DNA from: Candidatus Sumerlaeia bacterium | GTDB lineage: Bacteria; Sumerlaeota; Sumerlaeia; SLMS01; JANRJK01 | DNA length: 64,000 nt | Assembly (NCBI GenBank): GCA_033764015.1 | Contig: JANRJK010000031.1 | Location: forward strand, 64,001-128,000 | Direction: 5' to 3' | In this document: positions 29,373 through 40,512 of the stretch, in pieces | Numbering within the stretch: position 1 is the stretch's first letter | How the letters are laid out: each line of letters starts with the position of its first letter | Made by a program: the position numbers and the translations under genes | The notes under the pieces: model-generated | Databases searched by the model: none | Told to the model about the DNA's origin: nothing | What the model saw: only the letters and a program-made list of their open reading frames with translations

Positions 29373-32300
29373 TTACGGGGCGATTTCGATCTCCAGCGTG
29401 GGCCGGGCGTCGCCGCCCGCGTTGCCGCTGAAGAACCGGAGCAGGTCGCGCTCCGCGTCGCCGTTCGTCGGGGTCTCGAACCGGATGCGGAACTGCGCCT
29501 GGCCGCTGCGGTAGATCGCCGCGATCGCCTCCGGCGACAGCTCCCAGCAGACCTGGTCGCCGTCCGCGGCGGGGAACTCCGGCTCCACCGCCGTCGCGTC
29601 GGTGATCCACGCGTAGGAGGCGAAGTCCTCGAGTTCCAGCGCGTAGGAGTCGCCGAAGTTCACCGCCTGGTTCTGGCAGAGCGCCTCGACGTACAGCCGT
29701 CCCAGCGCCGAGGGATCGCCCACCACGCCCGCGCGCGTCATGCAGAGCCGCGCCGAGACGATGTTGCCGCCCGGGTAGATCGAACCGATCTGCGAGGTGT
29801 CGAAGGAAACCAGCAACTTCGTCTGCTGCCCGACCGCCGTGTCGCCGAGGTCCATCACCGCGTTCGAGTTGTCGCGCAGGTTGCCGACGAACGAACCGCG
29901 GGCGGACTCGGTGACCGAACCGTCGAAGTTCGGGTTCGAGTAGAGCGGATCGAGTTCCAGCGGAGCGCCGGAGCCGGTGCCGTTCAGCCCGCAGCCCACA
30001 TCCGTCGGCAGGATGTAGTTGAGCATCAGGTCGCTGCGCAGGAAGCGGTTCTGCGCGGTGTGGCCGCCGGCGCCGAACTGGATCGAGTCCTCGCCGTTGT
30101 CGCCGTCCGTCGGCAGCGTGGGCCGCAGGCGGAACTGGACGTTGCCGGAGACCGGGATGAAGATCCAGGAGGCCGGATCGAGCGGGACCATGATGGCCTC
30201 GCCGGGCTGGGCCGCGGCGAGCGTGGCCGCGGGAATCACGCCGACCGGCGTGAAGTCCGCGGCGGCCTCGAAGTCCGAAGCCGACCAGGACTGGCTGGCG
30301 CCGAAGAAGGGCGAGGCGAGTTCGACCACGAGGTCGCCGAGCGCCTCGACATTGCCCGTCTTGCGCTCGACCACGAGGCGCAGGTTCGCGTCCGTGATGC
30401 CGGCGCAGCCGAGATCCGTCACGTAGCCGAAGATCGCGCGCGTCTCGCGGTTCAGCGGCGTGTCGCCCACCGTGCCGCGGCGTCCCGAGATGAAGAGGCT
30501 CGCGCCGACGCCCGGCGTGGCGCCGGCGGTGATGAACGAGTCCTGCGAGAAGCTCGAGTCGAAGTCCGCCCGGCCGCCGTCGTCGGAGCCGATCATCACG
30601 TCGAAGGAGCAGGTCGCCGTGTTGCCGTCCCCGTCCTCGAGCGTCGCCGTCACCGTCGTGCAGCCGAGGTTGAAGAACGTCGGGAGGAACGACACCGTGA
30701 GGTAGTCCGGGCAATTGTCCGTGCCGAACACCGAGGCGTCGTCGGCCCAGCCGGCCGAGATCGGGTCGAAGCCGCCTTCCGCGTTCGCCGTCAGCACGCC
30801 GCCTGGGGGCAGGAACGAGTACGGCGGGCACTCCGTGAACGTCGGCGCGATCGCGTCGTTCACCGTCACGTCCACGAAGTACGAGTTCGAGTTCAGGCAA
30901 TCGTCCGTCACGATCACTTCGACGGTGTAGGTCTGGTTGAGGTCGGCGCAGTTGTAGCTGATAGTGCCGCCGAGGACTGCGGAAGGCTGGTTGCCGCACG
31001 AGTCCACAAGGTTCGCGACGAGGTCGTTGACCGACACCATTGCCGTTCCGGTCGCGTCGAGGAAGGCGTCGAACGTGGCGGGTACATCCGCCGTCGGCGC
31101 CGTGGTGTCCTCGATGGTGATCGTCTGCGACACCTGCGTCGAGTTGCCGCCGTTGTCGATGATGGTCCAGGTGCGCTCGATCTGGCCGACGCAGCTATCG
31201 CCGGAGAAGGAGTCGTCGAACGTGTTCGACGCGATGCCGCAGGCGTCGAACTCGATGAAGGGTTCGCCGGTGTTCGAGGGGTCGGTGCTCTCGCCGCACT
31301 CGATGGTGACGGGGAGCGGGGCGAAGGCGATCGGGCCGATGTTGTCCACGACGGTGACCGTCGCTTCGCACGTCGCCGTGTTGCCGTTCTCGTCCGTGAC
31401 GGTGAGGACCACGGGGACGTCGCCGACGTCGCCGCAGTTGAAGGTCGTCTGGGACGCGGAGCGGGAACCGAACAGGTCGAAGCCGCAGTTGTCGCTGCGC
31501 GAAGCCTCGAGCTGGGCCGGGAGGAGGATGCCGTTGCCGAAGAGGCCGAGGTTCACCGTCACGTTCTGGCAGGTGACCTGCGGCGCTTCCGCGTCCGTCA
31601 CCGTCACGTCGAACGTGCAGGTGGCGGAGTTGGCGCTCTCGTCGTCGAAGAACGTGTAAGTGACTGTGGTGGTGCCGATGGGGAAGAAGTCGCCGGAGTT
31701 GTGCGACTGCACCGTGGTGATCGTGCCGCCGCAATTCGACGTCGCGGTGGGCTCGGTCCAAGTCACAATGGCGCCGCAGTCGCCGGGGTCGTTGTCCACG
31801 GCGATGTTGGACGAGCAATCGGCGACCGTGGGCGCATCGAGGCAGGAGGGCGCGGTGCGGAATATCTCGAACGCCATGTTGCCCTGGGTCGCCTGCGCCT
31901 GCGTGGGCAGGCCGCAGTTCGTGGCGGGCGACCGGTAGTGGCCGCCGGCGGTGTCCGACTCGACCCAGTTGACGAAGTTGGTGACAGTTGCGCTACAGGC
32001 GGAGCGGGCCTTGAGCCCGAACCAGTAGGTGCCCGGCCCGAGCGTGATGGGCGTTGCGAACTGGCCGTCGATGACGAACTCGGAAACAAGGCCTCCGGCG
32101 CGCGTGCGCCCGGTGGCGGTCTCCGAAACGGAGACGAGGTTCGCCGGCCCGAGCAGCGGGTTCGCCGTGTCCGGCGCTCCTCCGACATCGGGGAAGATCG
32201 CGACCAGATACACACCGTCGAGCTGCCCGGCGTTCGGCGACTCGACCCAGAAGCGGACGCAGGTGAGTTCGCGCGACTGAGCCAGGGTGAACTGGTCCGC

Positions 32301-32528
32301 GATCGCGCGGTTCGAGACGGTCGTGTTGCCGCCGCCGAAGGTCACCTTCACCGGCGAGGAGAAGACGGGCTGCGCGGCGCACTGGGCGCCGACGGTAGCA
32401 GGGGCTAGAACGGCGGCGGCCGCAAGGATCGCAGCGACGCCTTGCGTGAGGTTGCGGAGGAGGCGGCGCGCCGAAGTCTCGGTGACGCGACACTCCCCCG
32501 GGGCATTGCGCCCGGGGTTGCTGGGCAT
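29373..32528 (-). CDS. Large secreted protein with Cys-containing HYR/Ig-like repeats and duplicated C-terminal beta domain; start approximate
   Basis: Signal peptide ending ATVGA-Q; SGDFFPIGTTTVTYT..ATCTFDVTVTD-AP units; acidic, T/S-rich. Confidence 0.82.
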   Translation of the reverse strand: MPSNPGRNAPGECRVTETSARRLLRNLTQGVAAILAAAAVLAPATVGAQCAAQPVFSSPVKVTFGGGNTTVSNRAIADQFTLAQSRELTCVRFWVESPNAGQLDGVYLVAIFPDVGGAPDTANPLLGPANLVSVSETATGRTRAGGLVSEFVIDGQFATPITLGPGTYWFGLKARSACSATVTNFVNWVESDTAGGHYRSPATNCGLPTQAQATQGNMAFEIFRTAPSCLDAPTVADCSSNIAVDNDPGDCGAIVTWTEPTATSNCGGTITTVQSHNSGDFFPIGTTTVTYTFFDDESANSATCTFDVTVTDAEAPQVTCQNVTVNLGLFGNGILLPAQLEASRSDNCGFDLFGSRSASQTTFNCGDVGDVPVVLTVTDENGNTATCEATVTVVDNIGPIAFAPLPVTIECGESTDPSNTGEPFIEFDACGIASNTFDDSFSGDSCVGQIERTWTIIDNGGNSTQVSQTITIEDTTAPTADVPATFDAFLDATGTAMVSVNDLVANLVDSCGNQPSAVLGGTISYNCADLNQTYTVEVIVTDDCLNSNSYFVDVTVNDAIAPTFTECPPYSFLPPGGVLTANAEGGFDPISAGWADDASVFGTDNCPDYLTVSFLPTFFNLGCTTVTATLEDGDGNTATCSFDVMIGSDDGGRADFDSSFSQDSFITAGATPGVGASLFISGRRGTVGDTPLNRETRAIFGYVTDLGCAGITDANLRLVVERKTGNVEALGDLVVELASPFFGASQSWSASDFEAAADFTPVGVIPAATLAAAQPGEAIMVPLDPASWIFIPVSGNVQFRLRPTLPTDGDNGEDSIQFGAGGHTAQNRFLRSDLMLNYILPTDVGCGLNGTGSGAPLELDPLYSNPNFDGSVTESARGSFVGNLRDNSNAVMDLGDTAVGQQTKLLVSFDTSQIGSIYPGGNIVSARLCMTRAGVVGDPSALGRLYVEALCQNQAVNFGDSYALELEDFASYAWITDATAVEPEFPAADGDQVCWELSPEAIAAIYRSGQAQFRIRFETPTNGDAERDLLRFFSGNAGGDARPTLEIEIAP

Positions 32529-32807
32529 GGGGTAGCTGCTCCGGTGGGGGGGATGCTTGGTAACTCCCAATTCTTAGTGCGAGGGAAGCAGAGAGCGCAA
32601 GGCCATATCCGGACACGCCGCGGCGTGATTCGCGACGGGGCGATGGCGGTGCGCAACACGATCCGCGGCCTCGGGTGCCTTTCCCCCACGCCGCGACCGC
32701 TCCCGGGAACCCGGTGGAAGTCCACGGCGGGGGGGCGGCAGGAAACGGTTGAGAACGGGATCGGCTCCCCCCTATAAAGCGCGCACGTTGCCCGGTAGCC
32801 CGTACTC

Positions 32808-33980
32808 ATGAACGATCCCGCCAAGAAGCTTCCCCCGCGCCCGACGCCCGGCAAGGCGCCGGCGCACCCGGCCTTGGCGTTCCTCGCCCGGGAGGCAACG
32901 GGCGCCGCCGCGCAGTCGTCGTCCGCTTCCCGCAGCGACTGGCGGCGCGAGGCGACCCCCGGCGCCGCCGACACCGGCGTGCCGCTGCTCGGCAGCGAGA
33001 CCGCCGCGCCGAGGCTCGACAGCGGCTTCGACGGCGAACTCCCCTCCGTCGTCAGCAGCTTCCTCTCGCGGCGCGAGAAGCGCCACGCCTGCAGCTTCCC
33101 CGGGCTCATCAAGATCCTGGTGCCGGAGCGCAGCCTCACGCCGATCTCGCTGCCGGTGCGCCTGGTGAACTTCAGCGGCGGCGGCGCGCTCATCGAGGTC
33201 CACTCGCGCCAGGCGACCATCGAGGACGATCCGATCCTGTCGACGCGCTACTTCGAATTGAAGATGGCGCATTCCGAGGTGCCGATCCTGCGCGGCGTCG
33301 TCGCCTGGACCGACCAGTCCGCCAAGGCCACGCGCCTCGGGCTCAAGTTCCACCAGCCGCATCCGGAGCTGGAGCGCATCCTCTCGCCGGAGGGCTCGCG
33401 CGGCGGGCAGACCGTGATGGCGGGCGCGCCGCCGCTCCCGATGCCGGTCCTCGATCCCTTCGCGCCGACCACGCTCGATCCGATCATCCTGCTGCACGGC
33501 GAGGCGCAGGAGGGGCTCGAGATCGTGCTGCGCGACCACAACGGCACGGAGCACACCGCCCCGGTCCGCAACGGACGGTTCACCATCGAGATGACGCTGG
33601 CGGAGGCGGGGGAGAACTGCTTCATGATGTTCTCCCGCGCGGGCGAACGCAAATCGCGCCGCCTCCCCGTCGAGATCGCCTACCTCTCCTCGACGGACCT
33701 CTCGTCGGGGCGCTTCGACGCGCACATCGAGCCGCACCCGCAGGGGGGCGAGACGCTCAAGATCGACTTCTTCGGCACCAGCTCGCAGGGCGAGTCGCTG
33801 CTGGTGCAGCTCGCGGAGCTGCTCGCGCGCTGCGACTCCATGGCGCTCACGTGCCGCGTGGCCGCCCGCGAGGGGATCGACCGCCCCGCCTTCGAGCAGT
33901 TCAAGCGCCAGGCGCAGCGCCTGCCGGTCGCGGAGGAGCTGAACCGCGACGTGATGCGGCTCCTCGAGGATGTCGAGTAG
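32808..33980 (+). CDS. PilZ-domain protein with additional Ig-like and C-terminal domains
   Basis: RREKR (RxxxR) and NFSGGG ((D/N)xSxxG), GVVAW, LGLKF. Confidence 0.72.
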   Translation: MNDPAKKLPPRPTPGKAPAHPALAFLAREATGAAAQSSSASRSDWRREATPGAADTGVPLLGSETAAPRLDSGFDGELPSVVSSFLSRREKRHACSFPGLIKILVPERSLTPISLPVRLVNFSGGGALIEVHSRQATIEDDPILSTRYFELKMAHSEVPILRGVVAWTDQSAKATRLGLKFHQPHPELERILSPEGSRGGQTVMAGAPPLPMPVLDPFAPTTLDPIILLHGEAQEGLEIVLRDHNGTEHTAPVRNGRFTIEMTLAEAGENCFMMFSRAGERKSRRLPVEIAYLSSTDLSSGRFDAHIEPHPQGGETLKIDFFGTSSQGESLLVQLAELLARCDSMALTCRVAAREGIDRPAFEQFKRQAQRLPVAEELNRDVMRLLEDVE

Positions 33981-34067
33981 CCGGGCGGGCGAATCATCTT
34001 GCGGTTGTGAGGCGCCGGGGCGAGGACGGGCGGCAGTCCATCCTTCCCCGCAAGGTCCCCGTCCTCG

Positions 34068-35486
34068 ATGGTCCGTCTCCTCGCCGCCTGCCTTCTACTC
34101 CTGCTGGTCCCCGTCGCCTCCGCCGCGGGGGCGCTCGACGCCGAAGTGCGGCGCATCAGCGAAAAGGGGGGCGCCGGCCGCGCGCTCTGGGGCGTCTACG
34201 CGGTCGACCTGAAGACCGGCAAGGAACTGGCCGCGCTCAACGACGACAAGCTCTTCATCCCCGCCAGCAACCGCAAGGTGGTGACCGCCGCGCTGGTGGC
34301 CCGCGCCTTCAAGGGCGACGAGCGCATCCAGACCGCGGCCACGGCGGCGGAGGTCTCCGGCGCCGCCGCGAGCGGCGTCGTGGTGCACGCCTCCGGCGAC
34401 CCGAGCTGGACGCCGGCGCTCACCGGCGGGCGGCCCGGCCGCCACATGCTCGACCGCCTTTCGCGCAGCATCGCCGAGGGCGGCGTCCGCCGCATCGACG
34501 GCGAGGTGCTGATCGACACCAGCGTCTACGAGGAAGCGTCGCCGATCCCGCCGGCCTGGCGCTGGGACGACTTCGCCAGCAGCTACGCCTCGCGCCCCTC
34601 CGCGATCTCGCTGGACCGCAACCTCGCCGGTCTCCGCATCGAGCCGGCGCGCGCCGGCGAGCCCGCCCGCGCCGACGCCGGCGGCGGCGAGGCGCCCTTC
34701 CAGATCGTCAACACCTCCACCACCGGCCGGGCCGGCTCCGCGCCCACGCTCCAGGTGGTGGCCTCCCCGAGCGGCGACAGCGTCCACCTTTCCGGCAGCC
34801 TCCCCGCCGACGCGGAACCCGCCACTCGCTCGATCCCCATGGGCGATCCCATGGCCGTGGTGCGCGGAGAGCTGCGCGCCGCCCTCCAGCGCGCCGGCAT
34901 CGAGTTCTCCGGCCCCGTCCGCGTCGCCGACGCCCGCCAGCCCCGCGGCAAGGTCATCGGCGCCATCGAAGGCTCGCCCATGGCCGACATCGTCCGCGAA
35001 TGCCTGCAGGACTCCGACAACTTCCTCGCCGAATCGCTCTACCTGCTCGCCTCCGCGCGCATGTTCCAGCGCGCCTCCTACCGCGCCTCGCACGAGGCGG
35101 AGGCCCGCTACTGGAAGCGCGTCGGCGTGCCCGAGGACCACTTCCTGGCCTCCGACGGCAGCGGCCTCTCGCGCGAGAACCTCGTCACGCCGCGGGCGCT
35201 GGTGGCGCTGCTCCGCGACATGCGCGAAACCGACTGGTTCGTCGACGCGCTCCCCGTCTCGGGGCGCAGCGGCACACTCCGCTACCGCCTCTCGGAGAAC
35301 GGCCTCGCGGGGCGCGTGCGCGCGAAGACCGGCACGCTCGACACGGCGGGCGCGCTCACCGGCTACATCCGCACCGCCTCGGGCCGCGAGATCGCCTTCG
35401 CGGTCCTCGCGAACCACCACACCTGCTCGTCGAACACCATCCGCGCGCGCATCGACGAAATCGTCGAGTTGCTGGCGCGGCAGTAG
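34068..35486 (+). CDS. dacB: Second D-Ala-D-Ala carboxypeptidase/endopeptidase (peptidase S13)
   Basis: Signal peptide; PASNRK, SGDP, SDN, DGSGLSREN, AKTG. Confidence 0.92.
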   Translation: MVRLLAACLLLLLVPVASAAGALDAEVRRISEKGGAGRALWGVYAVDLKTGKELAALNDDKLFIPASNRKVVTAALVARAFKGDERIQTAATAAEVSGAAASGVVVHASGDPSWTPALTGGRPGRHMLDRLSRSIAEGGVRRIDGEVLIDTSVYEEASPIPPAWRWDDFASSYASRPSAISLDRNLAGLRIEPARAGEPARADAGGGEAPFQIVNTSTTGRAGSAPTLQVVASPSGDSVHLSGSLPADAEPATRSIPMGDPMAVVRGELRAALQRAGIEFSGPVRVADARQPRGKVIGAIEGSPMADIVRECLQDSDNFLAESLYLLASARMFQRASYRASHEAEARYWKRVGVPEDHFLASDGSGLSRENLVTPRALVALLRDMRETDWFVDALPVSGRSGTLRYRLSENGLAGRVRAKTGTLDTAGALTGYIRTASGREIAFAVLANHHTCSSNTIRARIDEIVELLARQ

Positions 35487-35753
35487 GCCAGCGGCAGGAA
35501 TCGACCCCAACTGTTGCAGTGTTCGTCGCTTCAACAAGAGCTGCTCTTATCAACGCAAGTAGCCTTTTTCGTTAATAAGCGATCCGATGGGGGTGGCTCC
35601 CTCCGGGGCGCCGTCGACTCCCGGCAGGCACCCCGAAGCGCTTAACCGCCCCGCCGGGTGCCGGTTTTCCCTGTCCCCCGGGGGGGCCGGGGTCTACGAA
35701 GCGGGTGGCCGCCGGGCCGGACCCGCTCCGCCCGCGGCGCGCCACCCGAGCCC

Positions 35754-37610
35754 ATGTCCCGATCCTCCTCCGCTTCCTTCCACCTGCCGAACGGCCTGCG
35801 CCCTCCGAGGGCGCTGTGGCCCTTCTGGCTGCAGCTGTTCACGTCCTTCGCGATCATCCTGGCGCTGATCGGCGGGACGATCGCGCTGCTTTGGCCGGCG
35901 GTCCAGTGGCGCATCTTCATCCTGCCGCGCGCGTTCCAGGCGATGTCCGCCGCGGAGTCCGCCGCGCAGTTCTATCCCGTCGCGCCGCTCTACGAGATCG
36001 ACCCCTCGGACGCCGCCCGGCGCCGGGCTCCCTACCTGCCGATGCTGCAGCGGATCGTTTCGGCGCAAGGCGTCGAGGACGTCCGCACGCGGCGGCGCGA
36101 GGTGGCCGAGGCGATGCGCGCCCGGGCCGAGGCCGCCGCCAGCGAGGATCTCTTCGACCCCGCCCGCGCGCTGCGCACCGACGCCTCCTCGAACAGCGAC
36201 TTCCAGGATTTCATCCTCGAGTTCCACATCGCCGTGCCCGGGCCGGACGGCTGGATCTACTGGCTCAGCACGAACCCGGCGCTGATCGACCAGCCGGTCC
36301 CCTACGCGCGCTACCTCGAAGCCTACGCGGAGGGGCCGCAGGGCTGGGACAACTTCATCGATGCGAGCGGCCTGTTCCGCATCTACTTCGAGGACGACGA
36401 CGCGCGGATCGCCGAGCTGGCGGCGGAGCGCGGGGCGCTGAACCCCCCGCCGCGGGACGGCTTCAACGCGCTCCGCGATTCGCTGGTCAGCGCGCGCTCG
36501 CTCTCCCGGCGCATCGATCCGCTGGCGGCGGCGGCGCTCCTGCAGGGGACCGGCGTGGACCTCACGAAGGCGGTGCTCATCTCCGAGTACCCCCGCGAGC
36601 GCACCATGGGCGCCACGTACATCCTGCGCGTGATCTTCGTGGGCATCCTCGCGCTGGCGGTGCTGGTGGCGCTGGCGGCGGCGATCGTGCTGACCTGGCA
36701 CATCAACCAGCCGATCGGGCGCCTGGCGCGGGCGATGTCCGCCATCAGCGCCGGCGACCACAAGGTGCGCGTCGGCGCCCCCTACGCGCGCAACGAACTG
36801 GGGCGCCTCGCGTGGCACTTCGACGCCATGATGGACCAGTACGAGTCGAGCCGCGAGCTGAGCGAGGGCGTCGCCATCGCCGCGCGAATCCAGCGCGGCC
36901 TGATCCCCGACCCGCCGGAGCGCCTCGGCAACCTCGAGATCGCAGCCTGGTACGAGCCCTCGTCGCAGGTCGGCGGCGACTTCTACGACTTCGTCGTGAA
37001 GGAGCGCCGCCTCTACATCATCGTGGCGGACGCGGTCGGCCACGGCATCGATTCGGGCCTCGTGATGGCCTCCGCCCGCGCCATGGTGAGGACGCTGCTC
37101 GAAACGGTCTCGTCGCCGGGCGAGCTGCTCACGAGGCTCAACAAGCTCCTGGCCCGCGACTTCCGCGACGGCAACTTCATGACCACGGTGGTGGCGCAGA
37201 TCGACCTCGAGCGCATGGAGCTGACGATCAGCTCCGCCGGCCACGAGCCCGTCCTGATGACCGCCAGCTCGCTCGCCACCTGCCGGCTGCTCAAGGCCGC
37301 GCACCCGCCGCTCGGCGTCTTCCCCGAACTCGTCTACGTGGACCAGCCGCCGGTCCCGCTGCGCCCCGGCGATGTCGTCGTGTTCTCCTCCGACGGCATC
37401 CGCGAGTGCCACAACGCCGCCGACGAGCTGTTCGGCATGAAGCGCTTCTCCGAGACCGTCTGCGGCGCGACCGGCTCCGCCGCGAAAGTGGTCGAGGCCT
37501 TGCAGGAGTCGCTGAAGCGCCACGCGGGCGACCGCCCCGTCGAGGACGACATCTCCCTCGTGGCGGTCCGCGCGACCGACGGCACGGCGGAAGCCTGCCA
37601 GAAGAGTTGA
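35754..37610 (+). CDS. Membrane-bound SpoIIE/PP2C (RsbU-like) phosphatase with extracytoplasmic sensor and HAMP
   Basis: Two TM helices, HAMP (RNELGRLA), VGGDFYD, ADAVGHG, SAGH, SDGI, DDIS. Confidence 0.92.
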   Translation: MSRSSSASFHLPNGLRPPRALWPFWLQLFTSFAIILALIGGTIALLWPAVQWRIFILPRAFQAMSAAESAAQFYPVAPLYEIDPSDAARRRAPYLPMLQRIVSAQGVEDVRTRRREVAEAMRARAEAAASEDLFDPARALRTDASSNSDFQDFILEFHIAVPGPDGWIYWLSTNPALIDQPVPYARYLEAYAEGPQGWDNFIDASGLFRIYFEDDDARIAELAAERGALNPPPRDGFNALRDSLVSARSLSRRIDPLAAAALLQGTGVDLTKAVLISEYPRERTMGATYILRVIFVGILALAVLVALAAAIVLTWHINQPIGRLARAMSAISAGDHKVRVGAPYARNELGRLAWHFDAMMDQYESSRELSEGVAIAARIQRGLIPDPPERLGNLEIAAWYEPSSQVGGDFYDFVVKERRLYIIVADAVGHGIDSGLVMASARAMVRTLLETVSSPGELLTRLNKLLARDFRDGNFMTTVVAQIDLERMELTISSAGHEPVLMTASSLATCRLLKAAHPPLGVFPELVYVDQPPVPLRPGDVVVFSSDGIRECHNAADELFGMKRFSETVCGATGSAAKVVEALQESLKRHAGDRPVEDDISLVAVRATDGTAEACQKS

Positions 37611-37660
37611 CCGAAAGGCCCGGCGCCGCGGCGCCGGAGTACGAACCCCTAGGAGACACC

Positions 37661-39253
<1,593 letters not shown>

Positions 39254-39360
39254 CAGGCCGCTCCGCGGGCGGGGGAGGCTCCGCCCGCGGCCACCGTCAC
39301 AATGCGGCATCGGTGCAGCGGCCGATCCGGCGAACCACCCGCCGCGAAACGCTTCGGATA

Positions 39361-40431
39361 CTACCCCTGCGTGCCGCTGCCCCCGCGCACCTGGTCCAGC
39401 CGCCGTTTCAGCTTCTGCGCCAGGACGAAGTCCTCCGCGTCCGCGGCTTCGCGGATGAGGCGGGCGAGTTGCGCCGGGTCGTCGATCGACTCGGGGTCGG
39501 GTGCGATGGCGATCACCTTCGCGGGGCCCTTGCGCGGTGCGGGCGCGCCGGCGGCGCGGGCTGCCGGCCGCGGCGCCTTGGGCCGCGGCGTTCCGCCGGG
39601 CAGGACGCGCCCCAGCGTGGCGAGGAAGCGCGCGCGCGCCAGCGCCATCGCCTCGCCGTCGAGGTGCACCGAGCGGTCGCCCCAGGTGTCCTCCGAAGAG
39701 TACACGCGGTCGAACTCGAGCATCCGCAGCGTGTGCCAGCAGCTTTGGATGCCGAGCAGGAAGATCAACCACAGCACCGGCCCGCCGGAGCCGATCACCG
39801 GCAGGTTGATGCGCAGGAACCCGGCGAAGAGCAGCAGGATGCTGAGGCCGATGCCGGCGTTGGCCAGCATGTAGGTGACGCGCTGCGATGGGTACTTGAG
39901 CGAGAGCGACGCGCGGAGGATCTTCGCGCCGTCCAGCGGGAAGATCGGCAGCAGCATGTTGAAGAGCAGCAGGCCGGTGTTGATCCACGCGAGCGCCTGC
40001 ACGGGGACCGAGACGAACCACGGGACGCCCCCCTCGATGGAGCGGACGCCGAGGTGCAACAGCCAGCCGATGCCCGCGAGCGCCGCGCTGACGGCGGGCC
40101 CGAGGCCCACGACGATCAGTTCCGTCCGCGGCGACGGCGGCGCGTCCTCGCCCACCGCGACGCCGCCGATCGGCGTGAGGTGGATCTCCGACACCGAGAT
40201 GCCGACCAGGTACATGCCGTAGGCGTGGCCGAGCTCGTGCAGCAGGATCGAGCCGTAGAGGATCGCGAGGCCCATCGCGACCATGGCGGCGGATACGGGG
40301 CCGCCCGCGAGCAGCGCCTGGACCACGTAGAACACCGCGAGGAACGCCAGCAGCCAGTTGAGCCGCAGCGGAATGCCCCCCACGCGCCCCGCGGGAAGCG
40401 AGAAGGTGAGCAGTTTGTACCAGAACTCCAT
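39361..40431 (-). CDS. Site-2 protease (peptidase M50) with C-terminal UVR-like helix pair
   Basis: LLHELGH, GPAVS, FNMLLPIFPLDG; tail LIREAADAEDFVLAQKLKRRL. Confidence 0.9.
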   Translation of the reverse strand: MEFWYKLLTFSLPAGRVGGIPLRLNWLLAFLAVFYVVQALLAGGPVSAAMVAMGLAILYGSILLHELGHAYGMYLVGISVSEIHLTPIGGVAVGEDAPPSPRTELIVVGLGPAVSAALAGIGWLLHLGVRSIEGGVPWFVSVPVQALAWINTGLLLFNMLLPIFPLDGAKILRASLSLKYPSQRVTYMLANAGIGLSILLLFAGFLRINLPVIGSGGPVLWLIFLLGIQSCWHTLRMLEFDRVYSSEDTWGDRSVHLDGEAMALARARFLATLGRVLPGGTPRPKAPRPAARAAGAPAPRKGPAKVIAIAPDPESIDDPAQLARLIREAADAEDFVLAQKLKRRLDQVRGGSGTQG

Positions 40432-40512
40432 CGCCGATCGGCTCCCCCTGCGCGAGTGGACCAGCTTGGTGCCAACCCCGCGGGCGGTCAATGCGGGAGG
40501 CCCCGCGGTCCG

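Noticed and set aside
32530..32807. c-di-GMP riboswitch between the HYR-like and PilZ genes
   Set aside because: Only a loose GCGCAAGGCC resemblance; the paired hairpins and tetraloop-receptor were not found.
35487..35750. tmRNA, 6S RNA or tRNA in the intergenic region
   Set aside because: No acceptor stem or T-loop, no tag frame ending in Ala-Ala-stop, no long 6S-like duplex found by eye.
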